From Malacoraja senta (Eukaryota), in NCBI GenBank assembly GCA_038087875.1, contig JAXLNO010001599.1, positions 124,001-188,000 on the forward strand: a stretch of 64,000 bases of DNA, in the 5' to 3' direction. Shown here in pieces: positions 14,585 to 26,504 of this stretch (position 1 is the stretch's first letter; each line of letters begins with the position of its first letter). Position numbers and translations under genes: made by a program. The notes below the pieces were generated by a model, which searched no databases, had not been told where the DNA came from, and saw nothing but the letters and a program-made list of their open reading frames with translations.

Positions 14585-16521
14585 GAGAAAACCCATGTGG
14601 TAGTAAGACAGCAACTCTACCGCTGCGCCACCGTGCCATCCCATTAAATTATTTTTTCTGTAATATATTTATTATGGTGTCACATCAATAAAGATGAACA
14701 CATGATTCTGGTTTCTGCCTTTAGTTGGATAACACACATCTCCAGTCATTGTGTTTCATGGCTGGTTTTCAACCTCTTCAGTCTGAAGGTCTCGACCCGA
14801 AACATCACCCATTCTTTCTCTCCAGAGATGCTGCCTGTCCTGCTGAGTTTTTCTAGTTTTTAGTGTCTATCTTCAGTTTAAACCAGCATCTGCAATTCCT
14901 TCCTACACTGTTTGTTAAGCAGAACAGGTCCTATTCTCATAATATTTTTCACACCGCGACTGTTTTTCCTTCACCTCCGTTGCTGCAGAGAATACAATCC
15001 CAGTTATCAAATCTTTCTTCAAAATGAAAAAAAAATTCCAGCCCTGCCAACCTCTTCATAAATCGCCCCTGGATCCTCTCCAGAGCAATTGCACCCTTTC
15101 TACAATGTGTCATAGTCTTACAGCATGGAAACAGGCCCCTCATCCCAACTTGTTCATGCAGTTCAAGATGCCCCATCTAAACTAGTCCCATTTATCCGCA
15201 TTTGGCCTATATCCCTTTAAACCTTGTGTGTGCCACTGTGTGTGTGTGTGAGAGTGTGTGTCAGTGAAGCGGCGAAAACATCTGGAGTGAGCGGAGACTT
15301 GGCGATGCCCGGGGAGCGTCTCCCTCCCCCCCTCCCGGGAATGCGGGCCGGCCCAGGTGCTCATTGTCCAGCTGGGGTCCGGGGGAGGTGAGGGTCAGTG
15401 ACCCGGGGGTCCGGGGGAGGTGAGGGTCAGTGACCCGGGTGTCGGGCATCGGAGCGGAGCCTTCGCCCGAGATTCATCCCCGCGGCTCCGGATGCGGCAC
15501 CGACGCCCCCACTCACCCGGTCTGTTCCTGGCTCCGGGCTGGGGTTAAAACTCCATGGGGTGTGGACAGAGCGGCCGACGGATATAAAGCCTCCGGAGGT
15601 GAGGGTGGGAGGTGTGTGCCGTGCCTTGGGGGGGAAGGGAGAGGGGGGTTGGTGCTGGGACCACCGCCGTGTCTCACCTCATCTGCACAGTAGAAACTAA
15701 ACTACTTTTTTCCCCCCCAAAACCATCCCGCGGGCCGATAGTTTGACAGCCCTGCTTTAAACCAATGCCCTCTAGTTCTTGAATCGCCTATGCCGGGAAA
15801 AAGACTATGCATTCACCTTATATTCCCCTCATGGTTTTTACTTACCTCTAAAACAATTTTTGCTTTATTTTGATCTCCCAGGATCTGCAGATTTTTGAGC
15901 GTGAGAAATTTGTGATCAGCGTGAGAGCGTGAGAATTTTGTGAAATGCGTGAGTCTCACGCTCAATGCGTGAGAGTTGGTAGCCCTGCTAATAATGCAAA
16001 CATTTTATGCAAGTTCCAATTGTTTGGACAAAAATCACTTATTACTGCTTTTTAACAATTGTTACTTTAAGACCATTTCAGAAATTATGGCAGTCAACTA
16101 ACAACCAACTAACAAATTAATGCAAACTAAAAAAATAACATGTTCCCTTTCCTGACTCTACCTCATAAGTACTTTAATGCTGTTAACAGAGCAAAGGGAT
16201 ATTAATCTCAAGATTCAAAATGGCGAAAGTGGGGGCAATTTTGCTTAAATGGTAATTCTAAGCCCATTCAGATCTGCATAGTCAGAGTTATACAACATGT
16301 ACATGGCTGGCCCAATTTGTCCAAAATGATCAAGTTGTCATTTTGCACGTGCCCAGGGACTGGCTGCAGTTCCCAGGTCAGCTCGCATCCCAGGGTCTGG
16401 CTGCAGTTCCCAGGTCGGCTCACCTGCCCCGACCCCGCGAAAATGAATTGAACGAGCTGGATTCGGCCCGTGTGCCGTAGGTTGCAGAACCCTGTCCTAG
16501 ATGTTTGGCCTCATTGTGGCC

Positions 16522-16990
16522 ACAGACACACACACACACACACACACACACAGGGAGGCACACACACACAAGGAGACACGCACAGGGAGACAGACAGACA
16601 CACAAGGAGACACACACAGGGAGAAAGACACACACACACACACACAGGGAGACACACACACATGGAGACACACACAGGGAGGCACACACACACGCACAAG
16701 GAGACACACACAGAAAGACAGACACATACACACACACACACACACACACACCTTTCCTTCCCCCTCCTCCCTCCCTCTTTCCTCCCTCTCCATCTCCCTC
16801 CCTCTTTCCTCCCCCTCCCTTCCTCTTTCCTCCCCCTCCCTCTCTTTCCTCACCCTCCCTCTTTCTCCCATTTCTCCTTCCCCCCTTCATCTCCTTTCAA
16901 CATTCCCTCCCCGTCTCACTTTGCCTCCATGCCATTTTTTCTTTCCCTCTCTCTCTCTCTTTCTCCCCTCCCTTTCTCTCCCCGGACGCC
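16522..16990. repeat. (CA)n/(GA)n microsatellite and CT-rich tract
   Basis: Direct reading. Confidence 0.9.
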
Positions 16991-18449
16991 CAATGGGGAG
17001 TCTGGCGGGCACGATGCAGCGTGGATTGGCGGCGCTGGTGCTGCCATGTGAGCTGAAGGGCAGGAGGGAGGAAGGGAGCGAGGCTGCAGCGGTGGCCGGC
17101 AGCGCAGCGCTCGCAGCCGGCGCACAGAGGCGCTGACACCCGCTGCCCGGGAGCTTCCCCATTCTATCTCCGGCTGCTTCATGTTGTCGGCGGCTGCACA
17201 TCCGAGCAAGAGAGAAGTGACGCGACGTCACTCACAGCCGTCAACCGACGCGCTTCCCCAGATCTACAGCTCCGCTATAGGATCTTTGCTGTGCAGGGAC
17301 TGAAGTCAGCGTGAGAATTATGTCAGCAGCGTGAGGGCGTGAGAATTGGCTGAAATGTGTGGCTCTCACACTCAAAGCGTGGGAGTTGGCAGCCCTGCAT
17401 TTATCCACATTACACTGCATCTGGCATGCATCTGCCCACTCACCCAACCTGTCCAAGTCCCTCTGCATTCTCATAGCATCCTCCTCACAGTTCACACTGC
17501 CACCCAGCTTTGTGTCATCCGCAAACTTGGAGATGTTACATATAAATCCCTCGTCTAAATTGTTAATATATATTGTAAATAACTGTGGTCCCAGCACCGA
17601 GCCTTGCGGTACCCCACCAGTCACTACATGCCATTTTGAAAGGGACCCGTTAATCCCTACTCTTTGTTTCCTGTCTACCAACCAATTTTCTATGGATGTC
17701 AGCAGTCTACACCTAATACCATGTGCCCTAATTTTGCCCACCAATCTTCTATGTGGGATCTTATCAAATGCCTTATGATTGACTCCAGCATCTTCCCCAC
17801 CACCGGTCTGGCTAATTGGTCTATAATTCCCTGTTTTCTCTCTCCCGCCTTTCTTTAAAACATGGAATAACATTAGCTACACTCCAATCCACAGGAACTG
17901 ATCCTGAATCTATAGAACATTGGAAAATGAACACCAATGCGTCCACGATTTCTAGAGCCACTTCCTTACGTGCCCTGGGATGCAGACCATCAAACCCTGG
18001 GGAGTTATCTGCCTTCAGTCCCATCAGTCTACACAACACCATTTCCTGCATAATGTGGATTTCCTTCCATTCCTCCATCACCCCAGATCCTCTGGCCGCT
18101 AGTACATCAGGAAGATTGTTTGTGTCCTCCTTAGTGAAGACAGATGTGTGTCCTTGGAGGTGGTGCAGTGGGTGCATCCCCTCCAGGGACAGTGGCAGTG
18201 GGAGAGAAGTGGTTGGAATATCAGGTCTGGTTCTATGCTCCCTGAGGTGTGGAGAATTGAAGGTGTAATTGGGGAGATTAAAATAATCACTGGATGCACC
18301 GGAGCAGACAAGGAATCTGCTTCCTCTGCTGTGGATCCAAACAAGGACAAAAACATAAACATGGCATCCAGGATATTGAGGGCACTGGAAACCCAGAACT
18401 GCCCCTGGAAGCTGTCAAGTCTGGGGTTCAGTTGAAAGTTTCCACATGG

Positions 18450-20520
18450 ACACAATGTTAGAAACATAGAAACATAGAAAATAGCTGCAGGAGTAGGCCA
18501 TTCAGCCCTTCATGCCTGCACTGCCATGCAATATGATCATGGCTGATCATCCAAAATCAGTAACCTGTTCCTGTTTTTCCCCATATCCCTTGATTCCATT
18601 AGCCCAAAGAACTATATCTAACTCTCTTGAAAACATCCAGCGATTTGGCCTCCATTGCATTCTGTGGCAGAGAATTCCACAGATTCACAACTTTATGGGT
18701 GAAAACGTTTTTCCTCATCTCAGTCCTAAATGGCCTACCCCTTATTCTGAAACTCTGGTTCTGGACTCCCCCAACATCGGGAGCATTTTTCCTGCATTTA
18801 GCCTGTCCAATCCCTGAAGAATTTTATATGTTTCTATAAGATCCCCTCTCATCTTTCTAAATTCCAGTGAATACAAGCCCAGTCGACCCATTCTTTCATC
18901 ATATGTCAGTTGCGCCATCCTGGGAATGAACCTGGTGAACCTACGCTGCACTCCCTCAATAGCAAGAATGTCCTTCCACAAATTAGAAGAACAAAACTGC
19001 ACACAATAATACTCCAGGTGCGGTCTCACCAGGGCCTGTACAACTACAGTAGGACCTCCTTGCTCGTTTACTCAAATCCTCTCTGTACGAAGGCCTAAAT
19101 GCCATTAGCTTTCTTCACTGCCTGCTGTTCCTGCATGCTTACTGTCAGTGATTGATGTACAGGGAAACCCAGGTCTCGCTGCACTTCCTCTTTTCCTCAT
19201 CTGACACCATTCAGATAATTATCGGCCTTCCTGTTCTTGCCATCAAAGTAGATAACCTCACATTTATCCACATTATACTGCATCTGCAATGCAACTGCCC
19301 ACTCACCCAACCTATCCAAGTCATGCTACAGCCTCATAGCATCCTCCTCGCAGCTCACACTGCCACCCAGCTTTATGTCATCTGCAAACGTGGAGATGTT
19401 ACATTTGATTCCCTTGACTAAATTGTTAATATATATTGTAAATAATTGGGGTCCCAGTACCAAGCCTTGCGACACCCCACTCGTCATTGCCTGCCATTCT
19501 GCAAAGGACATGTTAATTCCTACTCTTTGCTTCCTGTCTGCCAACCAGTTTTCTATCCATGTCAGTACCCTACCCCCAATACTGTGTGCTCTCATTTTGC
19601 ATACGAATCTCTTGTGTGGGACCTTGTCAAAGGCTTTTTGAACGTCCAGATAAAACCACATCCACTGGCTCTCCCTTATCCATTCTACTTGTTACATCCT
19701 CAAAAATTTCCAGAAGATTAGTCAAGGATGATTTCCCCTTCATAAATCCATGCTGACTGACCGATCCTGGCACTGATTTTCAAATGCGCTGCTATTACAT
19801 ATTTAATAATCGACTCAAGCATCTTCCCCACTATCAATGGATGGCTAACTGGTCTATAATTCCCTTTTTTCTCTCTCCCTCCTTTCTTAAAAAGTGGGGT
19901 TACATTAGCTACCCTCCAGTCCACAGAAACTGATCCAGAGCCTATAGAACATTGGAAAATGATCACGAATGCATCCACGATATCTATGGCCACCTCCTTG
20001 TGTACTCTGGGATTCAGACCATCAGGCCCTGGGGATTCATCGGCCTTCAGTCCCAACAGTTTCCCAACACCATTTCATGACTAATGTCAATTTCCTTCAG
20101 TTCCTCCATCATGCCAGATCCTCAGTCCCCTAGTATTTCTGAGAGATTGTTTGTGTCTTCCTTAATGAAGACAGAACCAAAGCACTTGTTTAACTGGTCT
20201 ACCATTTCCTTGTTTCCCATTATAAATTGATCTGTTTCTGACTGTGAGGGACCTACATTTGTCTTCACTAATCTTTTCCTCTTCACATACAATACAGTAT
20301 CAAAAAATGTTTTTACGGTCAGTTTTTATATCCCCCACAAGCTTTCTTTCATACTATTTCCCCCCCTTAATTAACCCCTTTTGTCCTCCTCTGTTGAATT
20401 CTAAATTTCCCCCAGTCTTCTGGTTTGCTGCTTCCTCCAGCAAATTTATACGCCTCTTCCTTGGATTTAACACTATCCCTAATTTTCCTCGTCAGCCACG
20501 GTTGAGCCAACTTCTTTGGT
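18450..20520 (-). mobile_element. Degraded CR1 LINE fragment
   Basis: RT motifs in ORFs 18742, 19326 and 19718. Confidence 0.85.
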
Positions 20521-21289
20521 GATTAAAGGACATAGAACCAAGTTGGATAAATGGAGTTCAAACACAGATCAGCAGAGAGTGGGGACGGGCTGGAGGGCTG
20601 AAGAACCTTTTTACTGATCCTCTATGCATGGGACAAATTTGAACACAATCTCTGCGTGCAGCTGTTGATTTACCAGAAACACGTTTCATATTTTGACTGT
20701 TGACGGGTGTGTGAAACTGGACAGTGATATGGGCACTATTTCCTTCACCTCAGATTTCCTGTTGGAGATGGCAGCTTGTCTTAATCTGAACAGGGGGGCC
20801 TCCCACAGGGACAGACTTGCTAAAAAGAACAAGCAGGCTGCTTGACATATGGAAATATGTTCCTGACTTAAGGACCAACACCTAGAAACAATTCTTACAT
20901 TACTGAAAAGATAACCGACCAATAGGACTGACTCTGAAGACAGAGGACAATGAAGAGATGTGCTTCATGCAAGCATGGAGAATATTGGTCATTTTTAGAA
21001 AAACAACTCAGTATTTGGTCGGATTGAACCTCATTTTCCATTTCTTTGCCCATTTCTGAGCTGATCTATACCCTCTATACTTCAGAGTGCATCTGCCCAC
21101 TTACCCAACCTATCCATGTCACCCTGCAGCCTCATAGCATCCTCCTCGCAGATCTATACTTTAACATCCTTGCTCACTGTCCGCAGATCCCTGCAGAACT
21201 CAGCTGGTCACAGACTTCCAGTCTGAATAATGCCCTTTATCACAACACTCTGTCTTCTATCAGTAAACCTGTATTGACCCAGACGACAA

Positions 21290-21930
21290 AATCAAGTTCA
21301 AGTTCGTGAGTTTATTGTCATGTGTCCCTGATAGGACAATGAAATTCTTGCTTTGTTTCAGCACAACTGAAGATAGTAGGCATTGACTACAAAACAGATC
21401 AGTGTGTCCATATACCATTATATAAATATATACACACATGAATAAATAAACTGATCAAGTGCAAATAACAGATAATGGGCTATTAATGTTCAGCGTTTTG
21501 TCCGAGCCAAGTTTAAAAGTCTGATGGCTGTGGGGAAGTAGCTATTCCTGAACCTGGTCGTTGCAGTCTTCAGGCTCCTGTACCTTCTACCTGAAGGTAG
21601 CTGGGAGATGAGTGTGTTGCCAGGATAGTGTGGGTCCTTGATGATACTGCCAGCTCTTTTGAGGCAGCGACTGCGATAGATCCCCTCGATGGAAGGGAGG
21701 TCAGAGTCGATGATGGACTGGGCAGTGTTTACTATTTTTTGTAGTCTTTTCCTCTCCCGGGCGCTCAAGTTGCCGAACCAAGCCACTATGCAACTGATCA
21801 GCATGCTCTCTACTGTGCACCTGTAGAAGTTAGAGAGAGTCCTCCTTGACAAACCGACTCTCCGTAATCTTCTCAGGAAGTAGAGGCGCTGATGTGCTTT
21901 CTTAATAATTGCATCAGTGTTCTCGGACCA
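21290..21930 (-). mobile_element. L2-type LINE 3' fragment
   Basis: ORF 21490-21996 motifs KKAHQRLYFLRRL and FYRCTVES. Confidence 0.8.
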
Positions 21931-23803
21931 GGAAATCACTATGAATGCCGTGCATTTTGACTTTCTTGGACAACCAACCATGGAGAACTTTCTCAAGCCT
22001 TACTAAGGTCCATATAGACAACATCCACTGCCCTACCTTCATCGATCACCTTTTTTCACATCCTCAAAAAAATAATTCAAGTTAGTAAGACATGATCTAT
22101 GGCGTACAAAGCCATGCTGATGGTTCCTAACTAGCCCATTGTCTTCCAAATGGTAGTCAATCCTATCCCAAAGAATCGTCTCCAATTGTATCCCTACCAC
22201 TGATGTGAGGCAAAGCATACTTTGGAACACAAGTGGAACCAAAACATTCATACCCCAGGAGAAAGAAAATACTGAATGTCTAATCTCTCTAAATGCCTTT
22301 TAATCATTGTGTTTTATCTGCTTCCACAACGTCCCCTGGTAATGCATCCCAGACATCAATGTTTTGTACAATCTTCATAGGTCTTATCTACTGTCATACA
22401 CCTGAGGACATCGAGCACCTCCATGTCCATAATATGCATATCCTCAGGACATCTCCATTAACTGTCCCAAGTTCCTGTAAAAGGACAAATGGCAATGGTC
22501 AAAGTGAGGTTGAAAGGGTAACAGGACATCTGTTTAGCTGCCATGGGAGTTGGATTAAGCTGTGTTTGTTGCTATATGTCTGTTGGAGGTGCATGATTTA
22601 AAACTGTTGTGAGACCATTCTGAAGAAGGAACAGATGCTCCACAGAACGTCTCTCCCTGGGATTTCCTGCCATTGACCTGTCCAGCAGCACTTGGCTGCC
22701 CCCTTGACTGGGCAGCCTCCTGTTTCTCAGTACAACTGCTTCTCTTAGTGTTGCACTTCCTGTTCTTGAAAACTTGCATCAAAAGACCCATGGCTGACAC
22801 AGATCAAAGCGTTTTCTAACAGTAGCGAGGGGACATCTGTCCAGTAGTCCAGTAGTTTTAATGGCTGGGAGAGAAAATTCCTCACCAATATATAATCCTC
22901 CTTCCACCCAAGTAATTCTGGTTCACATTGATTCTTCCAAGGTTAGTGGAGGCAGACGATACTGCAAATTAGTTTTATCAATTCAGTCCCATTATCTCAC
23001 TGCATGGGTTCTCCCAGTCAATCTCTCTCAGGGGGATAACTTCACACTGCTCACAGTTTCTCTGCAGCTTTCAGTCTCTCTCTCTTTCTATCTCTCTCTC
23101 AGAGGGTTATCTGTATACTGACCGGTGAACCTTACTCCCTCTCTCTCAGCTTGATATCTGTACACTGAGTTGTGAATCTGTGGAATTCTCTGCCACAGAT
23201 GGCAGTGGAGGCCAATTCACTGGATGTTTTCATGAGAGTTAGATTTAGCTTTAGTGCTAAATGAATCAAGGAATATGGGGAAAAAGCAGGAACGGGGTAC
23301 TGATTTTAGATGATCAGCCATGATCAGAAGGGCCAAATGGCCTACTCCTGTACCTATTTTTCTATGTTTCTGTTCTACACTGACCAATGTCTCTCTCTCA
23401 TGGGGATATCTGTACACTGACCAGTGTCTCTCAGTGCCTCTCTCTTGGCATATATGTACACTGACAGCTAGCGCTCTCTCTCCCTCTCCCCCCTCCCCCC
23501 CTTCCCCCTCCCCCCTCTCCCACCTCTCCCCTTCCCCCCCTCTTCCCCTCCCCCTCTCCCCTGTCAAGGGTATAGCTGTACACTCTTTCATGGGATATCT
23601 ACAGTCTGATACCATTATAGCAGCCAAGCCCATCACCAAACACGAGGGACTTGGAGTCAGTACTCACCTCTGCAACTGCATCATTGACTTCAGTTCAGTT
23701 CAGTTTAGTTTATTCTCATGTGCACCGAGGCACTGTGAAAAGCTTATGTTGTGTGATAATCTGTCAGCAGAAGGACAATGCATGATTACGATTAAGCCAT
23801 TTA

Positions 23804-24660
23804 AGGGCCTGTCCCACTTAGGCAACTGCCTGCGACTGTCATGTTCGTAGCAGGTCGCAGAAAAAACGGCGACTGGACCCCCCTACAACAATGTCTATGA
23901 GAAGCTACAACAACTTGCCACCTAGTCGACGTCAAGCTAAGGCAAGCTACCAACAACCGGTGACCCATTCGTCGCGACTTGGGACGTCCGCCTACGACAA
24001 CCTATGACGACACATACGACAATCTACGACTACACAGGAGACAACGGAAGTCAACCTACGTCCACCCGCGACAGGCCACGGCAAGTTACGACTGTCGGAG
24101 ACAACTGAAGACAATTCATGTCATTTTGGCCTCCAAAACAATGGAATCAGCCAGTTATAAAAGGGGATGTATTGTTTCCAACATCTGAGGGCATTGCTCT
24201 CATTAGAAGAAGCCATGCTGCTTGCAGCAGCCCTCATGCTTAAAGATCAGCAAGACAGAAGGACAAGAAGAATGGGGAAGAGGAAGCCCAAGTAGAGGTG
24301 TGTGTGGTTGAAGCCCTTGTCCCCGTAGAGACCCAGGTTGGGCCAGTATGACAACCTGATGATTGAGCTCCAGCAAGAAGATGAGGCTGCCTTCAGAAAC
24401 TTCACCAGGCTTCCCCCTGAGCTGTTTCAGGAGATGAAGACACAGGGTAGGCCCTCTCCTGGAGAAAAAGGAGACCCACGGAGGAGCCACTGTCGTAGCC
24501 TGGTGTAGCTAGTCGCGTCAACTGTTGCCGATGGTCGCCAGCTGTCGTAGCATGTTGCCGGTATGGTCGTAGCTTGTCGTCGGTATGGTCATACATTGTC
24601 GTAGATTGTCGCCGATATAGGCGTAGATGGACTTCATTCATAGCATCACGACTGGCTGTT
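23804..24660 (+). mobile_element. PIF/Harbinger-type remnant with transposase fragment
   Basis: TTA|AGGGCCTGTCCCACTT left end, inverted subterminal ACGAC-rich arrays, degraded peptide VWLKP...LGQYDNLMIELQQEDEAAFRNFTRLPPELFQEM...RVGPLLEKKET at about 24302-24478. Confidence 0.75.
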
Positions 24661-24924
24661 GTAGTTTGACTTCTGTGCTCTATCTACCTCATTGGAGACC
24701 CTCGGACTATCTTTGATCGGAATTTACTGGTTTTATCTTGCACTGAACTTTATTCATGTTATTCCCTCCATCATGTTTCTGTTCACTGTGCTCGATTGTA
24801 ATCATGTATTGTCCATCTGTTGTCTGGTTAACACACAACTAAAGCTTTTCACTGTACCTCGGTACATGTGACAATAAACTCAACTCAAACTCAACTCAAA
24901 CTCGACTCAGTCCTCTCGTTGATA

Positions 24925-25280
24925 TGGATATCTGCACTAACTGGTGTCTCTCTGTCCCTCTCTCTCACCAGGATATCTGTACACTGACCGGTGTCTCTCA
25001 GTCCTCTCTCTCAGGGGGATATCTGTACACTGACCGGTGAACCTTTGCCCCTCTCTCCCAAGGGGGTATCTGTACACTGACTGGTCTCTCTCAGCCCTCT
25101 CTCTCAGGGGGATATCTGTACACTGACCAGTGTCTCTCAGACCTCTCTCTCAGGGGGATATCTGTACACTGACCGGTGAACCTTTGCCCCTCTCTCCCAA
25201 GGGGATATCTACATTGACAGGTGTCCCTCTCTCTCAGGGGGATATCTGTACACCGACTTTTAACTCAGCCCCTCACTGGG
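24925..25280. repeat. Imperfect ~39-bp tandem repeat (GGATATCTGTACACTGACC...CTCTCTCAGGG)
   Basis: About 8 units; related units at 23030-23170 and 23395-23600. Confidence 0.85.
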
Positions 25281-25545
25281 GTATCTGAGTGTCCTCTTGC
25301 TCCACAAAGTGTTCAGCATTGTAATGAGTGGATGGAGCAGAGTGGGATCAATCTTTAATCCGGATCTCATCATTGCCCCTCCACCCGCCGCCTGTTGTGG
25401 AGACAAACATCTTTTGGGGAATTGAACTGGGTGCTGGGGGCAGGGACAGGAAGCCGCGCCTCTGGTTTCAGTGGGTGGGGAACCGGTTCAAGCCGCGGCT
25501 CCCTCTCTCTCTCTCTCTCTCTCTCTCACTCACAACTCACTTGCC

Positions 25546-25553
25546 TATTTAAA
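25546..25553 (+). promoter_or_regulatory. TATA-like box of the VH promoter
   Basis: TATTTAAA 87-94 nt upstream of the leader ATG, directly after a (CT)n tract. Confidence 0.6.
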
Positions 25554-25639
25554 CAGCGCTGACTGCTGCTCCAGACAAAGCCGGCCTGAGCTGGTCGCCC
25601 ATTCCTCGAGTGTCCAAGTGTGTGTCAGTGCTCAGAGTG

Positions 25640-25685
25640 ATGGGGGTCGCTGCTTATCTCTGTCTCCTTCTGTCCTGTCTGCCAG
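25640..25685 (+). CDS. IGHV: IgW heavy-chain leader (signal peptide) exon, MGVAAYLCLLLSCLP-G
   Basis: ATG at 25640, hydrophobic peptide, 46-nt exon ending in a phase-1 donor G|GTGGG, the usual split Ig leader. Confidence 0.9.
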
Positions 25686-25799
25686 GTGGGTGTCCCCCCG
25701 CGGCGTCACCCCCACTCGGGGCCGGGCTGCTTCTCGGACACTCTTTCACCCTCTGCCTCTTCAACTGTTTATTCAACTTTGTTTCTCTTTTATTGGCAG

Positions 25800-26112
25800 G
25801 CGTTCGATCCGCGATCGTGCTGAATCAGACCCCGACCGCGGTGGCAAAGTCCGGAGAGTCCCTCAAACTGACCTGTGTAACCAGTGGGTTCTGGCTCTAC
25901 AGCTACGGCATGCACTGGGTGAAACAGGTCTCCGGGAAAGGGCTGGAGTGGGTGGGGGTTGTGTGGGGTGGTCGTGATAGTAGCAAACTATACGCGCCTG
26001 CCTTCAGCGGCCGATTCGAGATTTCCATGGACAGCAGCAACGTCTATCTCGAAATGAACCGCCTGACACTGGGCGACACGGCCACCTATTACTGTGCGAG
26101 ACATATGAGTAG
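25800..26112 (+). CDS. IGHV: IgW VH exon (GVRSAIVLNQ...LTC...WVKQ...GLEWV...DTATYYCAR + HMSS extension)
   Basis: Acceptor TTGGCAG at 25793-25799, open frame, conserved Cys/Trp/Cys, short FR3 (RFEISMDSSNVYL) as in IgW/IgX V regions, followed by an RSS. Confidence 0.95.
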
Positions 26113-26150
26113 CACAGTGTGAGAGATGGGACTTCCTCCATACAAAAACC
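26113..26150 (+). other. Recombination signal sequence, 22-bp spacer, 3' of V
   Basis: CACAGTG (26113-26119), 22 nt, ACAAAAACC (26142-26150): consensus heptamer and nonamer. Confidence 0.97.
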
Positions 26151-26476
26151 TGCCGCAACTAAACGCTTTAAATCACGTCTCTGGGCGCTGCAGCCGCCGC
26201 CTTTCCCCGGGACCCGTGGATATAAAGCAGATCCCGAGTGTATCATCTGGCACAGGGAACAAGTTCCACTGGAGATGTGGGAACACAAGCAGCGAGGAGC
26301 CGCTGTGGGTCGAGGCACGGTGACAGTCCCGGTGGGTTCTCTCATGTCCACTACAGGGCTGCAATGGCCGAGACTGGACGCTGTTGTGTGGGACACACAG
26401 GACACAGATGGATGGGGCTTTAATTAAGCCGCTGCCCACTCTGGCCCGTTGGATTTCGGGCTGGATGTGGTAGCAC

Positions 26477-26504
26477 AGTTTGTGAGCGGCGGTGAATCAC
26501 CGTG
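26477..26504 (-). other. Recombination signal sequence, 12-bp spacer, 5' of the J-containing segment
   Basis: Heptamer CACCGTG (26498-26504); nonamer AGTTTGTGA (26477-26485) at 12 nt matches GGTTTTTGT at 6/9; the 22- and 23-nt positions match only 2/9 and 4/9. Confidence 0.7.

Larger units (their letters stand above)
12227..17397. mobile_element. hAT-like non-autonomous element with nested insertions
   Basis: 13-bp TIRs (T/C)AGGGCTGCCAAC, flanking duplication CATTTAT, splits a CR1. Confidence 0.6.

Noticed and set aside
26301-26322. D-like 8-mer GGTCGAGG between CGCTGTG and CACGGTG
   Set aside because: No acceptable nonamer at 12, 22 or 23 nt on either side (best about 4/9); at most a relic or cryptic site
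26474-26501. CACAGTT as a forward heptamer for another D
   Set aside because: Nonamer only 5/9, overlaps the better-supported 12-RSS of J, and has no partner 5' RSS
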